From: Promethearchaeota archaeon
Lineage (GTDB): Archaea > Asgardarchaeota > Lokiarchaeia > Sigyniarchaeales > SOKP01
Direction of reading: 5' to 3'
Assembly (NCBI GenBank): GCA_029838195.1
Contig: JALGVJ010000016.1
Coordinates: 1 to 64,000 of the forward strand
DNA length: 64,000 bases
Both the position numbers and the translations under genes were made by a program. How positions within the stretch are numbered: the first letter of the stretch is position 1; each line of letters begins with the position of its first letter. The notes beneath the pieces are model-generated. The model ran no database searches. It was given only the letters and a program-made list of their open reading frames with translations, and had not been told where the DNA came from. Below, piece by piece: positions 40,142 through 51,066 of the stretch.

Positions 40142-41674
40142 GTGAATAAAATTCAAATTAACGAGGCAGAATATCTTAATAAAGTACAAGCCTGTTGGTT
40201 GGGTAAAAATATTGGAGGAACATTAGGCGCTCCTTATGAAACAAAGAAAACCATGAATGACCTTACTTTCTATGATCCTATTCCGGAGAAACCCGCACCA
40301 AATGATGACCTTGATCTCCAACTCATATGGTTAATAATGTTAGAAGATATTGGCGTTAATCCTTCATTATATCATTTTGCTGAATATTGGAAAAAATATG
40401 CGATTGCTTATCCTTGGAATGAATATGGATTTTTACGACGTAATTTAAAGCGTGGTTTAATGCCTCCAATCGCTGGATGTTTTGAAAATTATTTTTTAGA
40501 TGAGATGGGTGCCCCCATTAGAAGTGAAATATGGGCGTGCATATCTCCCGGAGATCCTCAATTAGCAGCGGCAACGGCATGGAAAGATGCTGTACTTGAT
40601 CATGCAGGAGGAGAAGGAATGCATGGAGAAATGTTTTGGGCTGCCGTAGAAAGCGCAGCTTTCGTAATTAATGACCCTAAGCAGTTGATCGAAATAGGGT
40701 TAAATATGATTCCTCTATCCTCGGCAATTTCTAGAGTTACGCGAGAAGTTCTATGGTGCCATGAAAATGGATTGACTTGGAAAGAAACGCGGAAACGTAT
40801 TATTTTATATTATGGCCATAATTCTCCTTGTCATGCGCCTCAGAATCATGGATTTACTCTATTAGGATGGCTTTACGGTAATGATTTTGGAGATAAACTT
40901 TGTAAAGCGGTGAATTGCGGATATGATACGGACTGCACTGCCGCAACATTAGGAGCTCTTCTTGGAATCCTCAATGGTTTAGAATATATTCCTAAAAAAT
41001 GGAGCGATCCAATAGGAGAAAAGATAGTTCTGCATTTATTAACAAGAAAAGGGAACTTGAAAAACCCACCCCGCAATATTCACGAATTAACAAATCGAAT
41101 TTTTAAAATAACAAAGCAATTTTTAATTAAAAATTCTAAAACTTCAATTTTAGGAGAAAAAACTACATTACCCGAAAATTTATACTCTTTATTATTTCAA
41201 AATGAAAAAGCACATCATGTATTGCGTTCTGATATCCATGCAGCAGTATCCCTCGTAAATGATATTGAAATCACCCTATATTATTTTGGTGAACCAGTAA
41301 TAAAACCAGGGGTTGATAAAATATTAGGAATCTCTTTGAAAAAAAATGGGTTCAAATTAAAAAATAATGTTTTTCTGGAAGTACCAAATGGCTGGGAGGT
41401 TCAATTTTTAGATGATGAATTTGAACAAAAGCGTTTTATAATTCGGGCATCGGAAATCCAAAATTTTAATATCATCCATGTTTGCTTACCACAAATAAAT
41501 GAGAATAAAAAGATAAAATTCGTTATCTTAGGTCCAAATGAAGCTCAAGGATATCCTAGCGGGATAAATATTCCGAGACCTTCCTTTAAAGGTTCTGATA
41601 AAGAATGGCTTGAAAAAATAGGAATTTCTAAAAAAAGATTAAAAGAAAATTCCATTAGAAAAAAAAATGATTAA
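40142..41674 (+). CDS. ADP-ribosylglycohydrolase family protein
   Basis: GKNIGGTLGAP.E, NDDLD, MGAPIRSE, GYDTDCTAAT.G. Confidence 0.88.
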   Translation: MNKIQINEAEYLNKVQACWLGKNIGGTLGAPYETKKTMNDLTFYDPIPEKPAPNDDLDLQLIWLIMLEDIGVNPSLYHFAEYWKKYAIAYPWNEYGFLRRNLKRGLMPPIAGCFENYFLDEMGAPIRSEIWACISPGDPQLAAATAWKDAVLDHAGGEGMHGEMFWAAVESAAFVINDPKQLIEIGLNMIPLSSAISRVTREVLWCHENGLTWKETRKRIILYYGHNSPCHAPQNHGFTLLGWLYGNDFGDKLCKAVNCGYDTDCTAATLGALLGILNGLEYIPKKWSDPIGEKIVLHLLTRKGNLKNPPRNIHELTNRIFKITKQFLIKNSKTSILGEKTTLPENLYSLLFQNEKAHHVLRSDIHAAVSLVNDIEITLYYFGEPVIKPGVDKILGISLKKNGFKLKNNVFLEVPNGWEVQFLDDEFEQKRFIIRASEIQNFNIIHVCLPQINENKKIKFVILGPNEAQGYPSGINIPRPSFKGSDKEWLEKIGISKKRLKENSIRKKND

Positions 41675-41680
41675 AAAGTT

Positions 41681-42226
41681 TCACAAATAATCGTATCCTT
41701 TCTGATATGCTTTAAAATTTAATTCCCAAAACTTAACAGGAATATTCTGCTTAATTGCTTGATATATGAATTCATTACTAACGAGATTTGAAATTTTAAT
41801 TAATCCACCTAACATTATAAAATTAATTCCTTTCATGAATTTTAACTCAGATGCAAGATCATTTGCTGGAATCTTATATATATTTCCTTTATTTTCCGAA
41901 AAATGAATGAGATTAGAATTAATCAAGATTTTACTCTCTCGGGTAGTAGAAGAATAAAAATAATTAAATGCATCTTCGGAAAATGCAATTAAAAAATCAA
42001 CTTCATTAATAACGGGATAATTAATCTTATCCATGTTGGAAATTATTACATCACTCTTTACTCTCGTTCCTCGCTGTTCTGCTCCATAAGACTGCGTCTG
42101 AATAGCATTTTTATTTTCTAATATTGCAGCTGTTCCCAATATAATACTTGCAAGGATAACGCCCATTCCGCCCGTTCCACAAAATCTAATATGAAATTCA
42201 CTATTTTCTTTTTTCCCAAAATTCAT
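41681..42226 (-). CDS. korC: 2-oxoacid:ferredoxin oxidoreductase gamma subunit
   Basis: GTGGMGV, QSYGAEQRG. Confidence 0.92.
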   Translation of the reverse strand: MNFGKKENSEFHIRFCGTGGMGVILASIILGTAAILENKNAIQTQSYGAEQRGTRVKSDVIISNMDKINYPVINEVDFLIAFSEDAFNYFYSSTTRESKILINSNLIHFSENKGNIYKIPANDLASELKFMKGINFIMLGGLIKISNLVSNEFIYQAIKQNIPVKFWELNFKAYQKGYDYL

Positions 42227-43076
42227 TCTTTATTCTCTCTCGCATTTGTTCATATAATTGATGAAAATCGGGTTTCTCTAAATTAGTGATTTCTCCAATT
42301 ATTATCTTTCCTTCATAATGTGCAGTAAAACATTCACTCAAATCCCGGAAAACATGAGAAGAATATTCATCTTTACATTCCGTGCTATATTGGATGGTTT
42401 CATTCAATAAAAAATTTAAATATTCTCGTGTATTCGAAAATTCCTTTCTATTTGTAGGACACGGAGATATTAACTCAATGAAAGCAAGTCCTTTCTTTTG
42501 TAATCCTTTCTTAATGGATTTTATAGCTTGAATTGAATGAGCTGTTGTCCAGCGAGCCACATATACCGCTCCAGCAGCTTTAGCCAAAAAAGATAGATTA
42601 AAAGAATGTTCAATATTTTGATATGGTGTAGTTTTAGTAATATAACCCATGGGCGTTGTTGGACTTACTTGTCCTCCCGTCATGCCATAATTTTCATTAT
42701 TAATGCAAATTACCGTAATATCAATATTTCTTCGAACCGCTTGTAAAAAATGGTTTAATCCAATCGCCGCTAAATCTCCATCGCCAGTAAAAACAATGAC
42801 CGTTAAATTGGGATTCGAAACTTTGATGCCAGAAGCAAAAGCAATGGCACGGCCGTGAGTAGTATGAACTCCATATGCTTCAAGGTAAGCGGGTAATCTT
42901 GAAGAACATCCTATCCCAGAAACAAATACAAGATTGTCTTGCGAAATATTTAGATCATCTATCGCTCGAATGACGTAATTCATGACCTGTCCAATACCAC
43001 ACCCTGGACAGAACATGCTAGGCAATAAATCCTTCCGTAAATATTTTTCCCGTAAATATTCTGAAGATTTTATCAT
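42201..43076 (-). CDS. korB: 2-oxoacid:ferredoxin oxidoreductase beta subunit
   Basis: FCPGCG, SGIGCS, HGRA, GDGD, NENYGMTGGQ.SPTT. Confidence 0.94.
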   Translation of the reverse strand: MIKSSEYLREKYLRKDLLPSMFCPGCGIGQVMNYVIRAIDDLNISQDNLVFVSGIGCSSRLPAYLEAYGVHTTHGRAIAFASGIKVSNPNLTVIVFTGDGDLAAIGLNHFLQAVRRNIDITVICINNENYGMTGGQVSPTTPMGYITKTTPYQNIEHSFNLSFLAKAAGAVYVARWTTAHSIQAIKSIKKGLQKKGLAFIELISPCPTNRKEFSNTREYLNFLLNETIQYSTECKDEYSSHVFRDLSECFTAHYEGKIIIGEITNLEKPDFHQLYEQMRERIKNEFWEKRK

Positions 43077-43079
43077 GTT

Positions 43080-44252
43080 TCATCCCTTTTTAATTAATTT
43101 TAATATTTCTTTAGGCTTAGGTATAGCACCCCCGATTTTATGAAATCGGTCCACATCACAATGCCCTTGAGAATGTTCCAATACTTTATGATATATTTGT
43201 CCTAAATTCATTTCCACAACAATATATTTTCGTATTTCTAAAGAAAGATCTAAAATTCTTTCGTGAGGAAAAGGCCATATCGTAATCAATCTTAAATAAC
43301 CTGCCCTATATCCTTGTTTGCGAGCCAATTCAACCGCTTCTAATGCTGAACGAGATGCTATTCCACATGAGACGATAATAATATCTGCATCTTCCGTATA
43401 TTTTTCTTCGATGTCTATGATGTCTCGTCGATTATCAGAAATCTTTTCATAAAAACGCCGCACCAATTGCTCATGAACTTCACTATTATCCGTAGAGGGA
43501 TATGCTTTCCAATCATGAGTAAGGCCCGTTAAATACGTGTGATATTTCTGCCCAAAAGCATCCATTTCCGGAACTTTTGAAGGATGCGTGTATCCCGTCC
43601 GAAATGGATGATATTTTTTCTTTTCAATGGTCACGGGCACCCTTCTAATGATATCCACTTCCTCTTGATATGGAATCTTCAATTTTTCACGAGTATGGGC
43701 AAGAGCTGCATCAGAAAGAAAGATAACGGGTACTCGATATTTATCTGATAAATTAAATTCGCGAATGATCATCTCTAAGGATTCTTGAACCGTATTAGGA
43801 TAAATTGCGATGATATAATGATCACCATGGGTACCCCAACGTGCCATCATGAGATCTCCCTGAGCGGGTTTCGTTGGTTGACCCGTAGACGGACCCGAGC
43901 GCTGAACGTTAACAATCACGCAAGGAGTCTCCGTCATGCAAGCATACCCAATGTTTTCTTGCATCAAGGAAAAACCAGGTCCGGAGGTAGCAGTCATCGT
44001 TCGAAAATTATTCCAGCTTGCCCCGACAATTGCCGCAATCGAAGCAATTTCATCTTCCATCTGTAAACAATAACCATTTTTCAATAGCGGTAAAAACCTC
44101 GCCATTAATTCGAGGATTTCCGTTGCTGGTGTTATGGGATAACCCGCAAAAAATCTACAATTAGCTAAGAGAGCCCCATAAACGATGGCCTCATTACCAG
44201 AAGCAAATTGAATTTTTGGCTCCAAAATATCATCTACCGTAATTTCTTTCAT
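43080..44252 (-). CDS. korA: 2-oxoacid:ferredoxin oxidoreductase alpha subunit
   Basis: GYPITPATE, QMEDE, TSGPGFSLMQE, QRSGPSTG. Confidence 0.94.
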   Translation of the reverse strand: MKEITVDDILEPKIQFASGNEAIVYGALLANCRFFAGYPITPATEILELMARFLPLLKNGYCLQMEDEIASIAAIVGASWNNFRTMTATSGPGFSLMQENIGYACMTETPCVIVNVQRSGPSTGQPTKPAQGDLMMARWGTHGDHYIIAIYPNTVQESLEMIIREFNLSDKYRVPVIFLSDAALAHTREKLKIPYQEEVDIIRRVPVTIEKKKYHPFRTGYTHPSKVPEMDAFGQKYHTYLTGLTHDWKAYPSTDNSEVHEQLVRRFYEKISDNRRDIIDIEEKYTEDADIIIVSCGIASRSALEAVELARKQGYRAGYLRLITIWPFPHERILDLSLEIRKYIVVEMNLGQIYHKVLEHSQGHCDVDRFHKIGGAIPKPKEILKLIKKG

Positions 44253-44524
44253 TCTTCTACCGCCTCCCTTTCTTCTCTAAGAATCACGCTAATTGCCATT
44301 TCCGGGCAAATCAATTCGCACTTTTTGCAGCACAAGCATTCTTCAATATTTTGAATGGCCGGCAAGGTATAACCTCTCTTATTTCGCTTAGCGGATTCAC
44401 TGAATATCTTTTTCGGGCAAATTTCAATGCAATATCCGCATCCTTTACAAAAATCCTCTTCAATTTTAATTAATAGGGCTTTATTCGTTTTATTCATCGT
44501 CGAAAAGATAAATTCTTTAGACAT
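44249..44524 (-). CDS. korD: 2-oxoacid:ferredoxin oxidoreductase delta (ferredoxin) subunit
   Basis: CKGCGYCIEICP, CLCCKKCELICP. Confidence 0.92.
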   Translation of the reverse strand: MSKEFIFSTMNKTNKALLIKIEEDFCKGCGYCIEICPKKIFSESAKRNKRGYTLPAIQNIEECLCCKKCELICPEMAISVILREEREAVEE

Positions 44525-44965
44525 TTTAAAAAAATTTCAAGATTTCTTACTTTAATATTATCATTCATTAGTAAATATTATTAATATATAAGAAATGTTC
44601 AAAAACATTATGATTAAACACTAAAAATTTTAACAATGTTCAAAAATATAACGTGGCGCTAAGAATTATTACATTTCCCAGAATATAAAGTTAATTTTTA
44701 TATTAATATACTTGATATAATAGATTTTCATGGAAATTGTTCATTCATAATGGATTTCAAAAGGCAATAAATTTTCCTATTCTAAATAATTTAGTTCAAA
44801 ATAAAAAATATGAATGTATGAATGGAAGGTCCATGAGGAAGTGATTCATATTAACTCAGCAATGAATGCGTTAAAAAGGGCTATATCATGGGAAAAAAGA
44901 ATTCATGATTTCTCTTTTATCCTGGTATAAGCCGTAAATCTTTTCTTAAATTTGAGGAAATCACG

Positions 44966-45820
44966 CTAATTAGAGAAAAATTCTTTAATTCGGGCGATTA
45001 TCACTTCGGGAGCATCATGCATTGCCCAATGAGAGCTCTTTTCTATTTTTTCAATTCTTAAATCCTTGACCCAATCTGCTAACCCTTCTAAAACTACCGG
45101 TTTGACAAAATTATCTTTCATTCCATGGATGACAAGAGTAGGCACCTCAATAATTCCTGAATAGGGATCAATATTGCGGTTAGCTCTATAATAATTTACT
45201 CCGCATAATATCGAATTCGGAATGGACCATGATTCTAAGTATTTTTTCTTATCTTCTTCCGTAAATGCATTTTTTTTCCTTGCAGTTCCAAATACTGCTG
45301 CTTTCAGCCCCATCATGTCGTTTTTCAAGAGACTTTGTTCTCCTCCCGGTTGTATTAATTGAAAAATGTATCCTGAAGCCCTTCTCTGAACTTCATTCGT
45401 TGCAATTTTATGTCCAAAAATTTTGGGATGAGGTGCATTTATTATCACGAGTTTCTTCATTAATTCCGGATATTTAAATGCAAAAGACCATCCGATGACG
45501 CCACCCCAATCATGTCCTACTAAATAAAAATGATTGAAACCTAATTTTTCTGCTAAAATTTTAATATCTTCAACGAGGTGTTCTAATTTATAATGTTCAA
45601 CGCCTTCTGGCTTGTCACTTAAATTAATACCCCGCGTATCCGGAACAATTAATCGGAAATGCTCTTTTAATCCAATTATCACGTTTTTCCAGCCATACCA
45701 AAAATCCGGAAAGCCGTGCAATAAAATAATGGGGTCTCCTTTTCCAGCGAGAATTACATGCAATTTTACTCCATCATGACATGTAATATATTTTTCTTCT
45801 AAGTCTTTTAACCCTTCCAT
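44966..45820 (-). CDS. Alpha/beta hydrolase, epoxide hydrolase-like
   Basis: HGFPD, GHDWGG (Asp nucleophile), NYYRA, SHW. Confidence 0.9.
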   Translation of the reverse strand: MEGLKDLEEKYITCHDGVKLHVILAGKGDPIILLHGFPDFWYGWKNVIIGLKEHFRLIVPDTRGINLSDKPEGVEHYKLEHLVEDIKILAEKLGFNHFYLVGHDWGGVIGWSFAFKYPELMKKLVIINAPHPKIFGHKIATNEVQRRASGYIFQLIQPGGEQSLLKNDMMGLKAAVFGTARKKNAFTEEDKKKYLESWSIPNSILCGVNYYRANRNIDPYSGIIEVPTLVIHGMKDNFVKPVVLEGLADWVKDLRIEKIEKSSHWAMHDAPEVIIARIKEFFSN

Positions 45821-45876
45821 TTAATTAAACCTATCATTTAAATATATTAATAAAAGAAATTATTAAGAAAATCTCT

Positions 45877-46806
45877 TTAAAACACGTCCAAATCATTCGC
45901 GCATACAACCTCTCCATTAAAATAATTTTTAACCGTACGCTCTATATATTCTGGTGAAGAAATTGTAGGCACGATATGAGTTAATACAAGTTTTTTTGGT
46001 TTTATTTCATTTAAAATGTCAATTAATTGTGGAATTGTTGTGTGAGAGTTAATAATAAAATCTGCCGTTGAATCGTTTCCCAAGAGGAATTGATTAGATA
46101 TAGCAAATCTAATAACATCATCCAATATTACTTCATGAACTAAAACATCGACGGGTTTCAATTTAGCTAATTGTATTAGATTTTCATTTTTAGTAGTGTC
46201 ACCAGATAACAAGATAGATTTCTCTGGTGTATCAAAGCGAAAACTAAAGCATGGCATTGTCGGTATGTGCGATGTTAAAGCACAGGTAATTTTAATTCCT
46301 CCAATCTCCCATGAAAATCCTTTTTCAATCTCATGAACCTCCGTTTCCAATCCCTCAATATTTATTCCCGCGGTCATGCGATCTTCTATATCATTTTGAT
46401 TAAAAATCTTAATTGCATTAATTACTTCCTTGGTACCTACGGGACCCCATATTTTCCATGATTTTGTACGACGAGTGAAAATCGAATCCATCCATATTGT
46501 AGGCCATGCATTGATATGATCTTGGTGGAGATGGGTAAAAATCAATCCTTCTATTTGATTGAAATTTATACCTGCTTCTATAATTCTCATGGAAGCCCAT
46601 CGTCCGCAATCTACAAGAATGCAAGTCCTTTTATATAATATTGCATTTGAGGGGCCCGCACGGGCGACATCTGGTACGGGTGCCCCGGTTCCCAATGTTA
46701 TTATTTTTAATTCTTTTTCACGTCTAATAGGCATTCTTATGGGATTTCTCCCGGGCTCTTGAACACTTTCCAATTTATTTATTATCATATCTCTATATTC
46801 TGACAT
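45877..46806 (-). CDS. Metallo-beta-lactamase fold, RNase Z/arylsulfatase-like
   Basis: LGTG.P, DCG, THLHQDH, SGDT, HE, SHT, LTH. Confidence 0.87.
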   Translation of the reverse strand: MSEYRDMIINKLESVQEPGRNPIRMPIRREKELKIITLGTGAPVPDVARAGPSNAILYKRTCILVDCGRWASMRIIEAGINFNQIEGLIFTHLHQDHINAWPTIWMDSIFTRRTKSWKIWGPVGTKEVINAIKIFNQNDIEDRMTAGINIEGLETEVHEIEKGFSWEIGGIKITCALTSHIPTMPCFSFRFDTPEKSILLSGDTTKNENLIQLAKLKPVDVLVHEVILDDVIRFAISNQFLLGNDSTADFIINSHTTIPQLIDILNEIKPKKLVLTHIVPTISSPEYIERTVKNYFNGEVVCANDLDVF

Positions 46807-46821
46807 TTTTCCTCCTCTTTT

Positions 46822-47940
46822 TTAAATAGACCTGTTCTCTTGATATATTTTTTCCATTAGTTGTAAATGATTATCAATAATTTTTGTTCGCTCCCATCGA
46901 TGTAATTTAATTGCGCCGTTAGGACATCCGACCGCACAAACGCCACATCCGAAACATTTATTTGAATCTATGAGGATTTTTTCATTTTCAACGGAAATAG
47001 CGCCGAAGGGGCATCTTTTCAGGCAAGTTTTACATCTCTTACAAGCATTCTGGTCTACTTTCGCAATGAAATTGGATTTAGCAACACAATTTTCATTTTT
47101 ATCTTCAAAACGAGTCATCCCTCTTAATAAGGCGCAACAACAAGCACAGCAGGAGCAAATTACAAAATGATTAGGATCTTTTACGTTTTCAGTTGTAAAT
47201 ACTAATCCCATTTTTGCATATTTGTTAACTAACTCATGAGCTTCCTGAGTAGTTATTTTTCTTCCTTCTCCCCGCTTAATGAAATATTTACCAAATAATC
47301 CTACTTGGAAGCACGTCTCCTCAATAGGAAATTTACCTTTACATTCTCTAATGCCTAACATTTCCGTGCGATTTCTACAGGGGCAATCTGTAACCACAAT
47401 AGGACCTGTACAATTGTCTAATACACCATGTATTTCTTCAAGATTCAGGAATTGAGACTGATGCGCAATAGCTGTATTAACGGGAACTATTCTTGTCATT
47501 GAAGTTCCAGCATCTGATGATTCATAGCGTTTATAAAATTTTTCCTTAATAAAGAATTGCTGATATAATTCAGCTCCTTTCTTTCCTAATCTTTTTAATG
47601 CTTTCGAATACTTGAAACCAATGTTTAAAAGATGTGCCATTGCGAGGAAAAAGGAATATCCTCCAATATCTTGAATGATGCCCTGGTCTGCCATGGCGTT
47701 CAAAATTGCCTTCGTCTCTTTTACGCTCTTACCAATTCTCTTTGCAATGGTTCCCGCAGATAAAGGTTTGATTTCCAAATGTTGAGCAATTTTAGCCTCT
47801 TCCGGAGTAAAAAGCAGCTTAATGTATTCACGAAAAGCGTTTGATACATTTCCATCTACTAAAGGAATATCAGAAGGATATTCTCTCATTTTTTGTAATA
47901 TAATCTCGTACGGATCCTCTTTCTTAAGTGCCATTTTCAA
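46822..47940 (-). CDS. 4Fe-4S ferredoxin-domain protein with an N-terminal helical/wHTH region
   Basis: CPCR, ICSCCACCC, CKRCKTCLKRCP, CFGCGVCAVGCP. Confidence 0.85.
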   Translation of the reverse strand: MKMALKKEDPYEIILQKMREYPSDIPLVDGNVSNAFREYIKLLFTPEEAKIAQHLEIKPLSAGTIAKRIGKSVKETKAILNAMADQGIIQDIGGYSFFLAMAHLLNIGFKYSKALKRLGKKGAELYQQFFIKEKFYKRYESSDAGTSMTRIVPVNTAIAHQSQFLNLEEIHGVLDNCTGPIVVTDCPCRNRTEMLGIRECKGKFPIEETCFQVGLFGKYFIKRGEGRKITTQEAHELVNKYAKMGLVFTTENVKDPNHFVICSCCACCCALLRGMTRFEDKNENCVAKSNFIAKVDQNACKRCKTCLKRCPFGAISVENEKILIDSNKCFGCGVCAVGCPNGAIKLHRWERTKIIDNHLQLMEKIYQENRSI

Positions 47941-48269
47941 CTTATACTTAAAATCAATTTCAATTTACTTAATTAATTAGTTTTCCCCATTTTTCTATTA
48001 AAGATTTAGTTGATTGGGGCTAAAAGGTTCATTCATGCTATATCAAAATATTGAGAATTGTACCTTTTGCTTTACTTAATATTTGTTTAATATTTGTTCG
48101 TGTTAAAAAAATCACCTTAACGAGAAGAAATTTTCTTTATTATTAAAACTTATCAATGGTGTAAAGCTTAAGCATTACCATTAAACACCTTAACCTTGAA
48201 GGAAGTGAGCCGATTGTTAATGCGATAACTTTTTTCGAAAAAAGAAAAGAAAAAGGTATAAATCTTATT

Positions 48270-49553
48270 TTATGATTTAAGTTCCTCAATTTTCATTTTT
48301 AACTCTTCAATTCCGTTATAATAACTATTTCTTGCGATAAATGAAATCTCCTCTCGAGCTTTCTCCTTTAAGATCTTAGCCTTTATTTCATAAGCTTCAA
48401 GTAGTAAGTTCTTTTGGACTAACTCTTTTCCTTTAATGAGCACATCAAGCATGTGAAGAGCTAATTGAAGCTTGCCTCTCTTATAAAGTTCCTTCCCATG
48501 TTCGAGAAATTTTTCCGGAAGACTAACATGAAGATATTCTTTGGCAATTTCTTCTGAGCGTGCTGGAAAAAGATCAGTTGGATTACCCGTGTTATACCAG
48601 CCATGATAAAGTCGATAAGCCGCATGGATTCCAAATCGATAACAGCCATACGTATCTCTCAAAAATTCATGGTTTTTAAATTTCGCGGGATAAATATCCA
48701 TCATTTCATGATAAATCTGCTCGAACCACTTTCCCTCATTTAATCTTTTTACGACCTCATCATGGATAAAGTGCATGGCTTCTGCTCGAATGGACAGAGC
48801 TTCCTTAACATTTTTTTTTCCCTCGATGAGTTTTCCGTGACCCGGAACAATAAATTCCGCATCTTTTTCTAACATTTTCTCCATCGCAATAGCCCAATCA
48901 TAGGGATATCTTTGAACTTTATTTGGATTTCCTATATTTGGAAATGAGGGGTTCATGACTAAATCTCCGGCGAAGATAGTTTTTTTATCCGGTACCCATA
49001 CCCATAGAGAATCGTCCGTTTCGCCTTTATCATGAAATACTTCAAAAGTCGTATTTCCTAAAGTAAATTCATGATGAGCATCATTTCCTTTAAGCACGAT
49101 GGTAGGATTCAAGGTTTCTCGAGCTGAAACGGGATTTTTCTGAGTTTTTAACCCAATAGAAGAGAATTGCTGGCTATTAAGCCAGACGTGATATTTTTCT
49201 AATCTCCGATATTTTTCAAATCGACGCAAGATATTTTCATGTGCTATGACATCTGGCCTGTCCCAGCCTTTCTCTTCCGCTTCTTTTATAATTGAAACAT
49301 ATCCAAAACAATGATCAAAATGCCCGTGAGAATAAATGATGTATTTCACGGGTTTGGTTGAAAATTTTCGCAAGGCTGTAAAAATACGTTTATGATACTG
49401 GCGGGGAGCAACATCTACTAGTACCAATCCGTCATTCGTCTCTACGGCGCCTACATTTCCAAATGCACCAATGATGTAGCATTTTCCATCAGCAAAAGAC
49501 TTGGGAGGAAATAGTCCAAAAAAATCATTCATATCTTTAGTGGTAATATCCAT
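48270..49553 (-). CDS. Alkyl-sulfatase-like MBL-fold hydrolase
   Basis: SHGHFDH, GETDD, AGD, PNIGNP, PGHG, GWY.GNP.DL. Confidence 0.87.
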   Translation of the reverse strand: MDITTKDMNDFFGLFPPKSFADGKCYIIGAFGNVGAVETNDGLVLVDVAPRQYHKRIFTALRKFSTKPVKYIIYSHGHFDHCFGYVSIIKEAEEKGWDRPDVIAHENILRRFEKYRRLEKYHVWLNSQQFSSIGLKTQKNPVSARETLNPTIVLKGNDAHHEFTLGNTTFEVFHDKGETDDSLWVWVPDKKTIFAGDLVMNPSFPNIGNPNKVQRYPYDWAIAMEKMLEKDAEFIVPGHGKLIEGKKNVKEALSIRAEAMHFIHDEVVKRLNEGKWFEQIYHEMMDIYPAKFKNHEFLRDTYGCYRFGIHAAYRLYHGWYNTGNPTDLFPARSEEIAKEYLHVSLPEKFLEHGKELYKRGKLQLALHMLDVLIKGKELVQKNLLLEAYEIKAKILKEKAREEISFIARNSYYNGIEELKMKIEELKS

Positions 49554-49884
49554 TATTATTTTCTCACATGTTATTTCAAAATAATTTTATAATTCATGTA
49601 ATATAATTTAGTGTTGAAATTTTTTTATTTTTATTCTTTTTAAAAAAGAAGATGCTAATAAATTTTCATGACATTTCTCTACTACTGACCGTGAAATGTC
49701 TCTTGAAGAATATGATCTCTCTGATTTTCAATGTTTTATTTTTACGGGAGGTTTTTTTTCATGTGAGGATTCTATGAAAACATCACCTCATGGAGAATAA
49801 TTTTTAAACTAGAAGAATCTAAGAACTAATAAAATAACGATATTATCTTAAATCCAGTCCTGAAAAATTTATAGGAAAAATTTA

Positions 49885-50598
49885 TTATTCTTTTTGTTCC
49901 AATAAGATTTTCACGCATTTTTCTTTAACATCAAGGTTCAAGATTTCAGCATGAATGTTTTTTTGAAATACCCATGATAACCCTCTCTCCAAAATCCCTG
50001 TTATAATATAATAATGATATTGAAAATCTTCTGATACTTCAAGCATCTCCAAATTTTTAAAAATAAAGACCCCCTTATTCTTATCAGGCTCTATTTTTTC
50101 TTCAATGGTCACATTCTCGTTTATGATAAGATCCAAATACGGATAGAGCTTAGGAAAGTAAGTTAGAAAATCATTAAAACTTTTAATTTCTGCTCTTAGT
50201 GACTTTGGATATTGATTTATCAACTCCCTCCTCATGCCATCTGCAATTATATGCCCTAATTTCTTAAATTCTTCAAGATTGGTGAATTTATTTTTCAAAC
50301 CTCTCAAAATACCGTTATAATATTTCGACATGAATCTCAAGGGCAGAACAATTCGGTCAGAACAATAATATAATTTATATAATCCGACTTCTCTCGCAAA
50401 AACTTTTCCTTCATCTTGGAGCATTTTTATGTATTTATATACCGTGACTCGGGACGTGGAAACGCCTTCTGCGATGTCCTTAATTGTTTGGCCAAACGGA
50501 TTTTCTCGCAAGTAATTATGAATCTCATCCGCCCAATTAATTCCTTTTCGAAATTTTCTCTTAGTTTTTTTATTTATGATCATTAACTTTACACTCAA
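49885..50598 (-). CDS. wHTH transcriptional regulator with a V4R-like C-terminal domain
   Basis: GQTIKDIAEGVSTSRVTVYKYI..G..KLY; C-terminal IITGILE pattern. Confidence 0.75.
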   Translation of the reverse strand: MSVKLMIINKKTKRKFRKGINWADEIHNYLRENPFGQTIKDIAEGVSTSRVTVYKYIKMLQDEGKVFAREVGLYKLYYCSDRIVLPLRFMSKYYNGILRGLKNKFTNLEEFKKLGHIIADGMRRELINQYPKSLRAEIKSFNDFLTYFPKLYPYLDLIINENVTIEEKIEPDKNKGVFIFKNLEMLEVSEDFQYHYYIITGILERGLSWVFQKNIHAEILNLDVKEKCVKILLEQKE

Positions 50599-51066
50599 GT
50601 AAAGTATTTGAATATTTTAGTTATTAAAATTAATAATGGTTTTTCAGTTTTATTCCATGCCATCATATTTTTTGTTTACTCCAATGATCATTAACCGTAC
50701 ATGATTTAGGGAAAAAGAAAAGATCCTCAATTATATTTAACAAGAGTAAAAATCTCGAAACAGGATTAAAGGGAATCAACAATTAATGATTCTCGGAAAA
50801 TTTCAAACTAATTCTTAAAGGTGCTATTAGTGTAGAAAATTCTGCATTATTAAAACAAAGCAAATGGAAAATAACAACATTGATATAATTAATATTTCAT
50901 TTAAAGATTCATCCAATAAAAAGAAAAGAAGTTGAATAATTCATGTGAAATTCTAGCAAAAATTTAATGGTTCAAATGTTTTCACGAAAAATAAAAATTT
51001 CCTAACTCCTTAATAGTATTCGATTCTTTTTCTAATTAATATCTCTTTAATTGGTTAAAAGATCCC

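Noticed and set aside
49666-49795. SECIS-like hairpins (GACATTTC/GAAATGTC; TGAGG/CCTCA)
   Set aside because: No correctly placed GA/GA quartet, and no neighbouring gene with an in-frame TGA at a Cys position
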